From Dendrobates tinctorius (Eukaryota), in the NCBI RefSeq assembly GCF_039654945.1, contig NW_027361714.1, forward strand, positions 50,282,001 to 50,346,000: a stretch of 64,000 nt of DNA, in the 5' to 3' direction. The translations under genes and the position numbers were made by a program. Below are positions 37,849-50,016 of this stretch, one piece after another. The notes under the pieces were generated by a model, which was not told the DNA's origin, made no database searches, and saw only the letters and a list, made by a program, of their open reading frames with translations. Each line of letters begins with the position of its first letter. Within the stretch, counting starts at the first letter, position 1.

Positions 37849-39907
37849 TGTCACGGGTTTACTGCGACAGAGATGAGCCAGAAGACCACAGCATCTGATT
37901 TTTCCTACTGCTGCACAGATTAGAAGCACTTCACCTTCTTATCAAACAGTGTAAATTTCTTTTGCCAGTGCAGGGGTTAATCTGCTCTGTTGTGAGTTCC
38001 TGGAGTGTTTAGGCTCTCAACTGTTCACTGTTAGCCACTCCTATCTCCTATATAATCTGGGTGTAATGCAACTACAAGGCAGTTGCACGCAACCTCCACC
38101 AGGAGGCGCAGGTAAGGGGAAAAATGTAGCACTCACTGTATAGCACCAAAGTGCAGCAGCACGGGGAGCCACTTGGATGCGGCAGAGTAGTCAGACAGGC
38201 CGGTCAGCAACAAACAGGAAGACGAAGTACCAGAAGTCACAGCAATGCACGTGGTCAGGAATAAGCCAGAAATCATAACCAGACAGGAGCACGGTATCCA
38301 AAATGTGAGACAGAAGACGTAGTCGGGGTACAAGCCAGTGAATCAAAGCCAGTCGGGAAATGTAGTAACAAACACGGAAAGCAGGAGGTGGGGTTCAGAA
38401 TTCAAGCCGAGTCATACACAGTAAGGAAACCACCAAACACACACAAAGTCAGGGATAGGGAATGGGTCAGGCACAAATATGGCAAGTCAGAGGCAGAAGG
38501 ATTACTAGGGTATACGGGTCATCTGCTCAAGCCAGAGCCTAGAACTATAACTGACAAATGTTACCAGGAATGGCACCAATAAATAGCCATCCACAAACCA
38601 GTGAGAGGCAGTAAAAGTTAACCCCACCATAGGAAAGAAAAGCAAGAAGGAAACCTTGACCTGGATTATGACACTGGGCCCTGACTAGCACTCATTGTCA
38701 GAGTAGCTTATGCTGCATGGATGGAGATTGGTGGTGGTTATTATAGGAGAAGGCATTTGGTGGATTTATCTGTGACTGTTGTTAGATTTTGAGTATATGA
38801 TAATTCTCTTTCTTCTCCTACTTTGGTTTAACCCCATCCTCCACTCACCTGTGCATTCCTCTGTTATATGTGTAAGTATATTTGTATGTTTGGTATTTTT
38901 CGTTACCCTTGTTTCTACCTTGTTAGTCTGGTTGGGGTATTATGACACACTACTACTCCCTTCTTCACTGGGTGAGGCAAGGGTACAGACTGAGGGCGGA
39001 TTCAGGAGCTAAGGCAAGGTATGGGCCCAGGGAACAGGGCGAGCTAGGACACCCCTAGTGTTAGGGATAGGAAAGGAGTCCTTGTTTCTGGGACACCTGA
39101 CAACAGAGTTGTGACATTGGCTATGACCAAAACCGTTTTTTTGACTCATTACTGATCCTATCACTCCTCTGACAGAGCATGTTCTGACAGGGCAACTGCA
39201 GTAGCTCAGCCTGGAGGTGTCAGATCTATGCATTGTCATTTTGCTGCACCCTAACACATCAGGTTTGGGGATCATGAATCCTAGGCAATCCTTAGTGGAG
39301 CCCAAGATCGCTTTTTTGACAGGTTCTCTGGGGGGCGTGACTGACAAGTTTGTTGTTTTCAGGGAGGCCTTTAAACTATACTTCAGGTTACGTCCTTGTT
39401 CTTCAGGAACCGAGGAGCAACGGGTGGGGATAGTAATCTCGCTCTTTAAGGGTGACCCCCAAGCATGGGCATTCTCTCTTCCATCTCACTCCGAGTTGCT
39501 CCAGATGGCAGAGGAAATTTTTCCTGGCGATGGGTCATATATATACGACAACCCCAACTGTGTCTCCCTGGCTGAGTCCACACTACATCAGCTTCAGCAG
39601 GGATACTGGCCCCCGGTACATACCTCTGTTATATATGATTGTATATTTGTATGTTTGGTATTTTCCATTACCCCTTTTTGAATTATATTGCTAGTCACCA
39701 GACTAGTGGCTAGTGTATTTCATTACACTACTACTCCCCTCTTACCTGGGGGAAGAGTACAGACTGAGGGCAGATTCAGGAGGTAAGACACGGTATGTGG
39801 CCCCGGCATCTTCACCATCAGAAGTAGTCCAGGGAAAAGGGTGAGCTAGGGCTCCCCTAGCATTAGGGACAGGGATGGAGCCTCTGGACCCGAGAAACCC
39901 GGCAACA
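37849..39907 (+). mobile_element. Internally deleted Gypsy element (5' LTR 37849-39116, gag fragment ~39275-39605, partial 3' LTR)
   Basis: TSD GTTAC; gag motif FREAFKLYFRLRPCSSGTEEQRVGIVISLFKGDPQAWA. Confidence 0.8.
38062..38673. mobile_element. Solo LTR nested in a Gypsy LTR
   Basis: TGTAATG...TATGACA, TSD CTGGG. Confidence 0.8.
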
Positions 39908-40534
39908 GTTACAGTAAAGGAACAGTTAATGTGTTCGGAAATAGCTCCAATTTGAAAGGGGCATAGGTAATTAAAAAAGGGAAACACTTTCTGCTTTAGA
40001 TGAGAAGAGTAGATAGAAAGAGTGATATGTGAAAATCCAAGGTCAGAGTGCTAAAGAACACAAGAAAGTACAAATTTTTGGGCAGTATGTAGACGGCTGA
40101 CACTAACTTTAGCGGACCTTCTCAGGATGTCCGGGGGCCTATGGCATCAATTAGGTATAGAAGAGCAAGCCTAAATCACTTTCCAGTAGGGAAAGCCAGA
40201 TGAGGAAGTGTTTCAGGAGGGCAGGTCGGAACAAATGAAAGCTGTGGAGCCAGACAAAGTATTCCAGGGACCAGAGGTGCCACACCAGAAGGGAATAACT
40301 CAAGCTGAAAAAAGCAAATGTACAGTAATATCGTACTGTTATGGAGGTTGGACTGTTCAGTAAAGTTCTTTTGTTTGAAAAGGATCAAGTTTCTCCTGTT
40401 CAATGTGCCGCTGTTCCTGGATCCAAAATTGTGGAGACAGTGGAAGCTTCCAAACCATGAGTGTTATAATGAACACTCACAGCACAAGTGAAACGGGACA
40501 TAATGTTTGATTGTGGGGTGTTAGAGTGTGGGAA

Positions 40535-41359
40535 TGTAGGCAGAAAGACCGGACCGGGGGTACCTGCTTTGTGCCGGGTCCAGAACTGCCGGGGCTGTCT
40601 CCTCTGTTGTCTGGGGGAAAGTTTAAACAACCGGATCAACCTTTGCACTTAGCTTCAGGGGGGTGGCTAAGCGAGGGGAGCAGGAGCAGCGAGCGCGGCA
40701 ACAGGCTGTTCAGGTGGGAAAATGCAGCACGCAGCTGGAAAAAGGGAGAGCTCCTGCCTTGAAGCTTGGTAGCAGCGCAGGTCCGCGCCCGGCCATATTG
40801 ATCGCTCCCTGCAGTGACTCTGAGCAGAAGCTCCCCGTGTGCAGGTCAGCTACCACTCAGTCAAGTGCCAAACACTCCATAACAGTGAGTGCTGCGCGCG
40901 TGCCACCTAAGAGAGACTGTGAGTGTGACCGGGGACTGCTTCCTGAACCCCCGGTGTATATCTGTCTGGAGACGCTAGGCTCCGGCAGTGCTTTGAACTG
41001 TGCCCGACCCTCTGCACCGAACCCTGGACCAGGATACCCGCAAAATGCATCAGAGACTGATCTCTGCTGTCAGAACCCGACTCATCAATGTCTTCAGGAC
41101 TACACCTTCTCTGCATGCTGACCGTTGTTGGCACCATCTTCTACCCTGTGGGCATTTCAGCTTGGGAATCATCTGGACCAGATAAGTTACACCTTAAGAA
41201 AACTGTTACTATTCATGCTTACCCATGTTTTTACCAATTACCCGCCTTGCCCTCGTTTTACCCACTATCTCCCTGCGTGGAGTAAATATCTGTTAAGATT
41301 AAATACGTTAACCCTTGATCTGCCTCCTGTATGTCACTGCATCCCGCAACCTGCTCACA
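40535..41359 (+). mobile_element. Solo LTR (4-bp TSD family)
   Basis: TGTAGGC...GCTCACA, TSD GGAA; related to 8716-9829. Confidence 0.8.
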
Positions 41360-41824
41360 GGAACACAATAGTCCCTCGCCCATGACTAATGCCTTGTGCA
41401 CTTAACAACTTGGCGTAGTCAGCAGGAATTAGAGTACTTGCATGCATAAAGTGGAAAAACACCTGAAATGACCAAGATGTCAGCCGTTAGAAGTATTAAA
41501 ATGGCGAAAGCTGGCAAAAGCTCCACCCATCGTGAGCATCCTGAGAGAAAAACTAGGAAAAAAAATCCGTTTGGTACGAGCGGTGGCCGGCACCCAGGTT
41601 ACAGCCCCAGTGAGCAGTGCCGGCCCATGCTGGGCACAGCAAAAAAAGAAGAAACCCCGCCTGTTGATGCAGATCCCAGAAGAATGGGCATAGACTGAAA
41701 CTGAATGGGCAGAACAGCCAGAAGTGGCTCCACACAAGGAAGGGTGGACTCCGGAAGAGAGATTCCCTGTGCTCAGCAGCTCGGCGCCATTGCGGAAGAT
41801 GACACAGAAGAAGATGGATCATAC

Positions 41825-43151
41825 TGGAGCGCCCCACCAGGGCCTAGCGGGGTACTCGGTACAGGGCCCGTTGATCTCAATGGGAGTTGTCACGGAAGCT
41901 GTGACCCTGTCCGTGGCCCTGGGGCTCCATGGCAAAGAGGGGATGAATGAACAATGAAATGAAGTTTATGAACAGTTTGTGACGCCACCTGTGGTGTTCG
42001 GCAAGTGAGGTGTTAGGCCGACACTGCATGCAGATCCTCTGGGACTGGTGGTAGGTTTCAGCCAAGATGGTGAAGCTCCCCACAGGTGGAGCTGTAGTCC
42101 CAGGGCATAGTAGATGTAGCAATGGAGGAGAGGCACAGGTGGTGTAGAGGCCGGTGCCCAGATGTAGTATTGCGAGGTGTAGTGATGCGGGAATAAGTGG
42201 AGGACAACAGGGCATGTAGTTCCAAAGCTTTACTAACAGTCTGCAGTTCACACAGATGCCTGCCTCCATGCTGTGTCCTCCGGGTCCTGGGCTCAGTCAA
42301 CCTCCAGGCAAGATAGGATGCTCCCTTCCAACACTCCACCAACATGTACCTTTCTGAACATCTCCTCTATAGCGCCTTTAAGTAAAGTACTCCTAGTACT
42401 GAGTTACACTGGAGTGCCTCCTGACAGATGTTTGTTCCCAAGAACTCTACTTGTACGGCAGGCAGCTGTAGCCTGTTTTGGGGACTCCTTACTCCTGAGT
42501 CCCGGCTCACTATCCAAGTTGCTGTTGTGCCCCCAAGTCTTAGATGGGAGTAGTGCATTTACAGCCCACTACTCCACCGGTGTCTGCTGCAGGACCTTCA
42601 TTATCCATACAACCTCGGGGACCGGGCCCTGGCCTTGCGCTTAGAGCTTCTAGGCAGTGTTCTTCCTCTAACCCACGTCCTCTGTGTTCCCTTTTATTCC
42701 TTCGTTCCGTACTATTCCCTCTCTCTCATAGAAGGTCAGGTTTCAGTCTAATGTCTTTCTCCTTCTTTCCTTTCCTGTGCCAGCTGGCTGAGATCACTGA
42801 GGCAGCTGCAGCACTCCTTCCTCCATCCCTCTTCCAGGGATCCTCACTCCTCTCCGAGTGACTCTCTCTCTCATACTCACTGACTGACTGATTGACTGTT
42901 CCCGCTCTTTATGTATTCTAAACTCCACCCGCCTCCCAGCACGTTTTGTGTTCCAAGCAGGGAACCACCAAAGGTGCTCTGCTACTCTCTAAGCAAGGAG
43001 CTGCAATGTGGCTTTGCTGAACTACCATGTTGTGTGGGATGCGAGTGTTGGAGCGTGGTTAGGAGTTCCCACCTTACCTGGACGGTGGGGCACCACACCT
43101 CAGGAGGAGGTGCAGTACCTCTGTGGCGACTGAAGCCTCAGGGGTGCCACA
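41825..43151 (-). mobile_element. Solo LTR
   Basis: TGGAGCGCCCC...GGGGTGCCACA; TSD ATAC/AAAC; homologous to 44348-45667. Confidence 0.7.
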
Positions 43152-43574
43152 AAACCACATGGTTTTCCACAGTGATATCAGCCGCATGGAGTAGCAGCAG
43201 TGTATGGCGGAGGAACAGGAGCGGCCTGGAGGCCTCCAGGCAGCGGACGCCTCCGATGAAGATCCTGGAGAAAACTGCCTTCCCATACTGGTCAGAGTTA
43301 TAGCAGTGGCCAAAAGTGAGGAGAAAAGCTGATGTGACTGAACTATGCGACCGCAAAGAATATGCAGTCGAGATGCTTGAACCATGCAGGTGTGAAGCAA
43401 TTGCGGGCGTGACCACAAAGCCCCGAACGTGGACATTGAGATAGAGCGTTGGTGGCGAGTGCATTTCAGTCCCGTTTCCTCCCCAGGGAAAACCCTGTCC
43501 TATGTGGCATCCCTTAGTTCCCTGCACTGCATGAACGAGGAGGCGGGACCGATCCCAACCCCCAAGCAGGCAGA

Positions 43575-43860
43575 GTGGATAGCGGGGTAGTGGAGTAAAA
43601 GAAACGGTCGGAGAGAGAAGTCGGAGCAGAACTGCTGCGCCCGAGGGAAGAGCCATGGCTGGCCGGATGACTCGCTGCCTAATCCACCACTTCAACCCAA
43701 TTCGGGCTTACGGCTTCATCAGAGACAAAGAGACCAGCCATAAGGTCTATGTGAATGCTGGGTCGGTGAGGTTCCAATAGCCACAGCAGTAGAGAGACTG
43801 TTTATCCTTTATTAAGGAAGCTAGGCTCAGGGTATGCTAGGCGGTGGCAGCCACCATTAT
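43575..43860 (+). pseudogene. Cold-shock-domain protein relic of LTR element A (open segment 43655-43780)
   Basis: MAGRMTRCLIHHFNPIRAYGFIRDKETSHKVYVNAGSV: RNP1-like (AYGFI) and RNP2-like (VYVN) CSD motifs; missed by the ORF track because it is under 60 aa. Confidence 0.7.
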
Positions 43861-44347
43861 CTTGCCGGAAAACGACTCAGAGGTGGCCAAACGACGTGAG
43901 AGGCCTCTGTATCCCCAAGGCTGGAGTCATCAGGAGCAGCATCATGGCCGGAACAAGATGCTGTAGCAAAACTGCAGAAGTTGATATCCAATGGAGAAAG
44001 AATCAGGAAAGAGAGTGAGGCGTTGTCTTCTAGTGGATCATCCACTGGTCCCCACCTTTTTCTATTATGAAAACGGTGTTTACTAAGTACCCAGTGTTAT
44101 TTATATGCATTATTGCTTTTACTTATTTACTTACAGCAGGGTATTTGTTCATTTTGTTTCTGTCTTGGGTTTTGTCCACCTTTTTCTATGTACAGGGCCA
44201 TGGAGTGGCCAATTATGCTGGCCACACGGACATTCCGGAGTGAGTGCGGCTCCTTTCAATTTGAAGGCTCAAGTTTTTGTTTTGCTGGGAAAAAATAATG
44301 TGGGACTGTTCTGCGTCCCAGATGGCAAGCATCCCTGAATGTGCTAT

Positions 44348-45667
44348 TGGGTCGCCCTCCCAGGGCTGCGGGGTACTCGCTACCGGGCCGGAGTCAGGGG
44401 AATGTGTCACAGCAGCAGTGACCCGGTCCGTGGCCAAATCAATGGTGGTTTCTAGTTAATGAAATGGAATAGTTCGTGACGCCACCTGTGGTGTTGGGCA
44501 AGCAAGATGTTAAGCCAACGCTGCGTGCAGCTCCTCTGGGGCTGATGGTGTGCTGCAGCATAGATGGTGTAGCTCCCCACAGGTGAAGCTGTAACCCCAG
44601 GGCAGTGGAATTGCAATAGATGAGAATAGGCGCAGGCGGTGTTAGGAATGCTGGTACCCAGATGTAGCGGTGCTGATTGTGTTGGTGCACAAATGAATGG
44701 AAGACACCAGGGCTTGCAGTTCCAAAGCTTTACTCACAGTCCGTGGTACACACTGGTGCCTGCTTCCATGCCGTGTCCTCCGGGGCAGAGATTCAATCAA
44801 CCTCCCGGGCAAGTCAGGATTCTCCTCTCCAACACATCCGGTCAACATGTACCTTTCCTGAACGACTCCTCTATTGCGCCTTAAGGTGTGAAGAGCTCCA
44901 CTACCATGGTATTCTGGAGTTCCTCCTGTCAGATGTTCCTAACAACGCTACTCGTATGGCAGACAGCTGTAGCCTCTCTCGGGGACTCCCTTCTCCGGAG
45001 TCATGGCTCTCTATTCAGTTGCTGTTGTGCCCCAAGTCTTAGATGGGAGTAGTGCATTCACAGCCAACTACTCCACCGGTGTCTGCTGCAGAACCATAAG
45101 TGTCCATACAACCTCGGGGACCGGGCCCCGGCCTTGCGCTGAGAACCTATAGGCAGGGTTCCTCTTCCAACCCATGTCTCCTCTCTGTTCTCCTACTCCT
45201 TCGTTCCGCACTGTTCTTTCTCTCTCTTATGGAAGCTTAGGTTGCCATTCTACGTCGTTCTCCTTCTGTTCCTTTCCTGTGCCAGCTGGCTCAGATCACC
45301 GAGGCAGCTGCAGCACTCCTTCCTCCATCCCTTCTTCCAGGGATCCCCACTCCTCCCGAGTGGCTTCCTTCCTCACTGACCCTCTGTCAGACTGAACCCC
45401 CTCATTCTAAACCTTCCCAACCTTTTATATGGATCTCAACTCCACCCACCTCCCAGCACATCCAGTGTTCCCTGCAGGGAGCCACCAGAGGTGCTCTGCT
45501 ACTCTCTAAGCACTAAGCCACAATGTGGTTGTGCAGAACTACCCTGTTGTGTGGGGTGCGAGTGTTGGAGTGTGGAAAGGAGTTCCCAACTTACCTAGGT
45601 GGTGGGGCACTACACCTTAGGAGAAGGTGCAGTACCTCTGTGGCGACTGAGCCTCAGGGGTGCCACA
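44348..45667 (-). mobile_element. Solo LTR
   Basis: TGGGTCGCCC...GGGGTGCCACA, TSD CTAT. Confidence 0.8.
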
Positions 45668-47631
45668 CTATAGGATACCGATGCTGGCCAGTGCGGCCGA
45701 AGGTTCATTTGGTTTGAGTGCAAAGTTTGTGTTTCCCACATCCCAGTTCTTTAGCACATGTTGCACATCCCCCTGCTGGATAACATGACTAAGACCCTTA
45801 CAGGGTCAATCACCCTTTGTGACTGAAAAGGACTGTGTGTAACTGCCCTAAAGACTCTGTCCCATTATCCTATGAACTTTGCTTGTATGCAACCTTTAAC
45901 TTTTCCCCAGGGACTGATGGGCAGCAAACCTCTTTTTTAAAGGGATCATAATGTGCAAACAGGAAGAAGGGGGAAAACAGAACGGACAACCTGAGGATCA
46001 AGCCGGGTCAGGATTACATGAATTGAGCTCCTGGACTGTCAGAGCTGGAGTAAGTTGGCCAACGGGCCTGTTGTGTTTTCAACAGGACATGTGGTGTCAG
46101 GGTCCTTGGAGCAGTGGGACAGGAGTCATGCAGACCAGTGTTTAAAATGAACTTTGACACTTTGTGTCGGGGTCCCCATAGCAGTGACACCGGGGTCAAG
46201 TGGACCCATGTAACAATCGGATGATGAGTGTGCCAGGTGGAAGAGGAGAAGGATTGTGCTCATGTGTGTTTGGGCAATCATTTGTTTGGGCCAAAGGGCC
46301 GGTTTAAGAAAAGGACTCTTACAAACAGTGATAAATTTTATGCTATATGTTTTGAAGTATTCATATACAAATATTTGGATGTCATACAGTTACCGTATGG
46401 TCATGGACTACCATGTTTTAGGAGGGAGGAATGTAAGAATGTGTCAGGGACACTCATGCTCTTTTTCCTCTCTAATAAAACTGGTGTGCTTTTATGTATT
46501 AAAAATGTATTTTAAGTGCATAGAATGTTATGGGCACTAATGTGAGCAAATTTATGTTGGTAATATGAATGATATAATAAGAAAAATTTGATAGAATCTT
46601 TTAAAGTCTAACAATGTGAACTCATAATCTGTTAATGTATTAAACCTAAGGAAAGTATAAGGGCAAGAAATTAGGACATAGGTATAAAAATAGGATAAGG
46701 CGGTAGATAAGGATTCGGAAAATGCAATGGAGGGCAAAATAGAATCAGGAAGTAGATAGTTACAGTATAGGAACAGTTCAAGTGTTTGGGAACAGCCCCA
46801 ATTTGGGAGGGAAATAGGTAATCAAAAAGGGAAACACTTTCAGCCTTAGAGGAGATGAGAAGATTAGATAGAAAGAGTGATAAGTGAAAATTCAAGGCCA
46901 GATGACACAAGAGAGTTTAAACTTTTAGGCAGCATGTGGACGGCCGCCACTAACTTTAGCTGATCTTCCTGGGAAGTCCAGGGTCTACAGCACGAATTAG
47001 GTACAGAGGAGCATGCCTTAATCACTTTCCAGAAGGGAAAGACGGACGGAGAACTGTTTCAAGAGGGCTGATCGGAGCCCATGTAAGCTGTGGAGTATTC
47101 CAAGGGCTAGGGGTGCCAGACCAGAAAGGGATTACCTAAGCTGAAAAAAATGTAAATGTAACATCGTACTGTGCTGTGACTATGATGAATTGTTCAGTAA
47201 AGTTCATTTGCTTGAAAAGGATCAAGTGTCTCATGTTCAATGTGCAGCTGTTCTTGGATCCGGGATGTTGAGACAGAGGATGCTACTGACCAAACAGTGA
47301 GTGTTATAACGTACACCCACAGCACAAGGGAAATGGGACTCTGTTTGTTTGTTGGGTGCCAGGGTGTGGGAGCACAGCAGCCTCTTGCCCATGACTACCT
47401 CCAGGCTCGGACTGGCCCATAGGGTCACAGGGCAATCCCCCTATGGGCCCCTGTGCAGATTTGGGCCCCCAACCCCACTGTATAAAAAGTACTTGGCATA
47501 ATTCAATTGATTCTGTATAGAAAAAGGCAACATCTAATTATTCATTAATCAAACTACCCAGTTTATTATTATATAGAGATATAAATAAATTTGTAAACGA
47601 GGGTAGTGTGATATTTGTATGAAAGTGGGCC

Positions 47632-50016
47632 TGTAGGGAAGGTGACCTGACGGACGGACAGACTTGTCAGAATAGAGAAAGGAAGGTTTGCACAGTTTAG
47701 ACAGGTGTCAGTTATTACATTGGGGAAACAGCTAGGAAAGTGTAGTGGATGTGCAGTACCTTGGGTTGACCATTAGAGGACAAGGAGGAGTGTGAGCATA
47801 GCACTTGACATCAGCTTAGGGCTCAAGAAACCGCTGGTCATGGGGGGCGGAGGCAGAGGGAACCGGGAAAGGTATAAATTTGACAGGAGGGTTCCAGAAA
47901 GTTCCAGTCCCCAGGGGGAGCTCAAGTGACAGGAAGACTGCGACAGTTTGTGCACTGTGAGAAAAACCAAACCAGGGGGACTGAGGAGAGAGGAAGTCAG
48001 GGGGGTGGTCCTGACACAAGGTACTGCAATATAGATGAGGCACAGAGGTGAAGCATACCGAATTAAGGAAGACGACTGACCAGTAAAATTACTGTTGGTT
48101 TACGGGCCTAAGGCGGCCACAGTGACGGACCTGTCAGGAGCGTCAATAAGTGAAGAAGGGACGGTGCGTACATGTACGTCCCTGGTGTGAAAGTACGGTG
48201 TGCATAACGGGCCCTAGAAATGGAGGGCCGTGAAGTGAAGTGCGGTGTACTTCTGAGGCCGTCAGGCGGACGGCGAGTGAATAAACTTGGACCTGTTGTA
48301 CCCGACACTTGCCTCCATCGTGTCTCTGTTACGTCTCTGCGTGGTAAGAGAGGGACCACCCCCCAGTCCGGCCGACCAACCCTACACTTGGCGTAGTCGG
48401 CAGGATTGCCGCCGCTAATACGTCATCTTCTGCGGCAGGCCTGCCCCAAGGGATGGAAAAAGACTCAGACTGCTCTGTGTGGATTATAAGCACCAGTGGA
48501 ATACAAATCACCCACCTGTGGATTACAAATCGGGAACGCTGTGGAGGACCCACGTTGTTAACAGAGGATCCGGGGCGGTATCAGGTACTGTGCAGGATGG
48601 CGGTGTTACTTCAATGCAGAGGAGAGGTCCGGGTATTTACAGTTGTTCAGAATGGACTGGGACCCCCTCCAACGTACCCCAGGGGGAAGCGGTATGTACC
48701 TGCAGGCCGACGCTCCTATACACTGGATCCTGGCAGATGGGTGGAGAGGCCTGCCAACGCCCCACCAATCAGAGGGAGTGGCACAGAGGAAAAGCTTGGC
48801 TGCGGCTGCTTGGCGCCATTCGACTGCTGCCCAACGGACGGTATGAGACCCTGCGGGTGTCGAGGCATCAGGTGCCTGGAGTGGCAATAGCGGCGGGAGG
48901 TCGAGCTTCGCCAGAAAACATCCCCCTCAGAGCCACGGGCAGGCAACTGGATGTTGAGTGGAGAAGCGGAACCAGCGGGAGCAGCCACCGAAGTTACCAG
49001 CAGAGAGCCTCCCTGCGGAGCCCCTGAGCCTGGAGGCTAGCAGCGCCCGATGGCAGGGTGAAGAGCGGAGACTGCGGGAAGAGCCGCGTGATGACGTGAC
49101 GGAGGCCACAGTGCCGGGGAAGGTGAGAGTTCCCCTGGCCCCGACAGTGACTCCGCAAGCAGCTCCTACCATTCAGCCGCAGCACGTGGCACCCTGTGTT
49201 TCCAGGAGCCCGGCTAAGGAGGGCCCTACCATCTATGCAGAATTGAGCAGGGCCTCCGCTTCTGGTTCTGAACCGCTGCGCCCGGTGTCACCGGTGCGGA
49301 GTCTGACCAAAGAAGACGCCGTTGCGTCCTCTCTGTCACTAGTGGCCTCATCTTCAAAGTCGGCCGCTACCCCGGCTCCGACTGAAACTTTAGGTGCGGC
49401 CTGCACTGCGGCCGCGGTTATGCCGGTGCTGGAACCGACGGCGGCCTGTTTGACAGGCCCCGTGGCCCAATCCTCTGAGAACCCGGCTGCTCCCACCCGC
49501 CACCCGACCCCAGCGGATGCTGGGCCGCTGACATCATCGGCCACCTCTGCCCCGCTCCCTTCTTTGGCGGACTCCTGAGCTTGCAGTGTACCCTCCGTTT
49601 GGGTTGCGGAGGTTATCAAGAAGAAGAAGGCCCGGGAGCAGGAGATATGGAACCTGCTCCATGCAAAGGGAGAGGCTGGTATGGCGGCTACGAGATCTTT
49701 GCTGCGGCTCGTGTATGCGAACATCACCAAAGGATACGGATTCATACGGGATCTTGCGACTGGCCAGAAGGTTTATATAAACGTTACCTCTATTCATCAT
49801 GGCCGGGCTTTGCAGGAGGGGGATCTGGTATGCATAACGGGCCCTAGAAACGGAGGGCCATGAAGTGAAGTGCGGTGTACTTCTGAGGCCGTCAGGCGGA
49901 CGGCGAGTGAATAAACTTGGACCTGTTGTACCCGACACTTGCCTCCATCGTGTCTCTGTTACGTCTCTGCGCGGTAAGAGAGAGACCACCCCCCAGTCCG
50001 GCCCACCAACCCTACA
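47632..50016 (+). mobile_element. Younger LTR element B (tRNA-Ser PBS, cold-shock-domain ORF), internally deleted
   Basis: 5' LTR TGTAGGG...CCCTACA 47632-48386; PBS TGGCGTAGTCGGCAGGAT 48389-48406; near-identical 3' LTR remnant ~49827-50016; TSD GGCC/GGCT. Confidence 0.88.
48453..49829 (+). pseudogene. ORF of element B: Cys-rich N-terminus, Pro/Ala/Ser/Thr-rich linker, basic helix, C-terminal cold-shock domain (stops, one frameshift, 3' truncated)
   Basis: Frame of 48958 runs through one TGA (49576-49578) into WVAEVIKKKKAREQEIWNLL...NITKGYGFIRDLATGQKVYINVTSIHHGRALQEGDLV. Confidence 0.75.

Noticed and set aside
41825-45667. Two similar LTRs as the ends of one provirus enclosing the CSD relic
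   Set aside because: Each has its own 4-bp TSD (ATAC/AAAC; CTAT), so they are independent solo LTRs inside element A
49681-49863. Bacterial cspA contamination or a YBX1/LIN28 retrocopy
   Set aside because: The CSD is in frame with a longer element ORF between PBS and LTR, lacks the highly conserved YBX/LIN28 sequence, and has no poly(A) or retrocopy TSD
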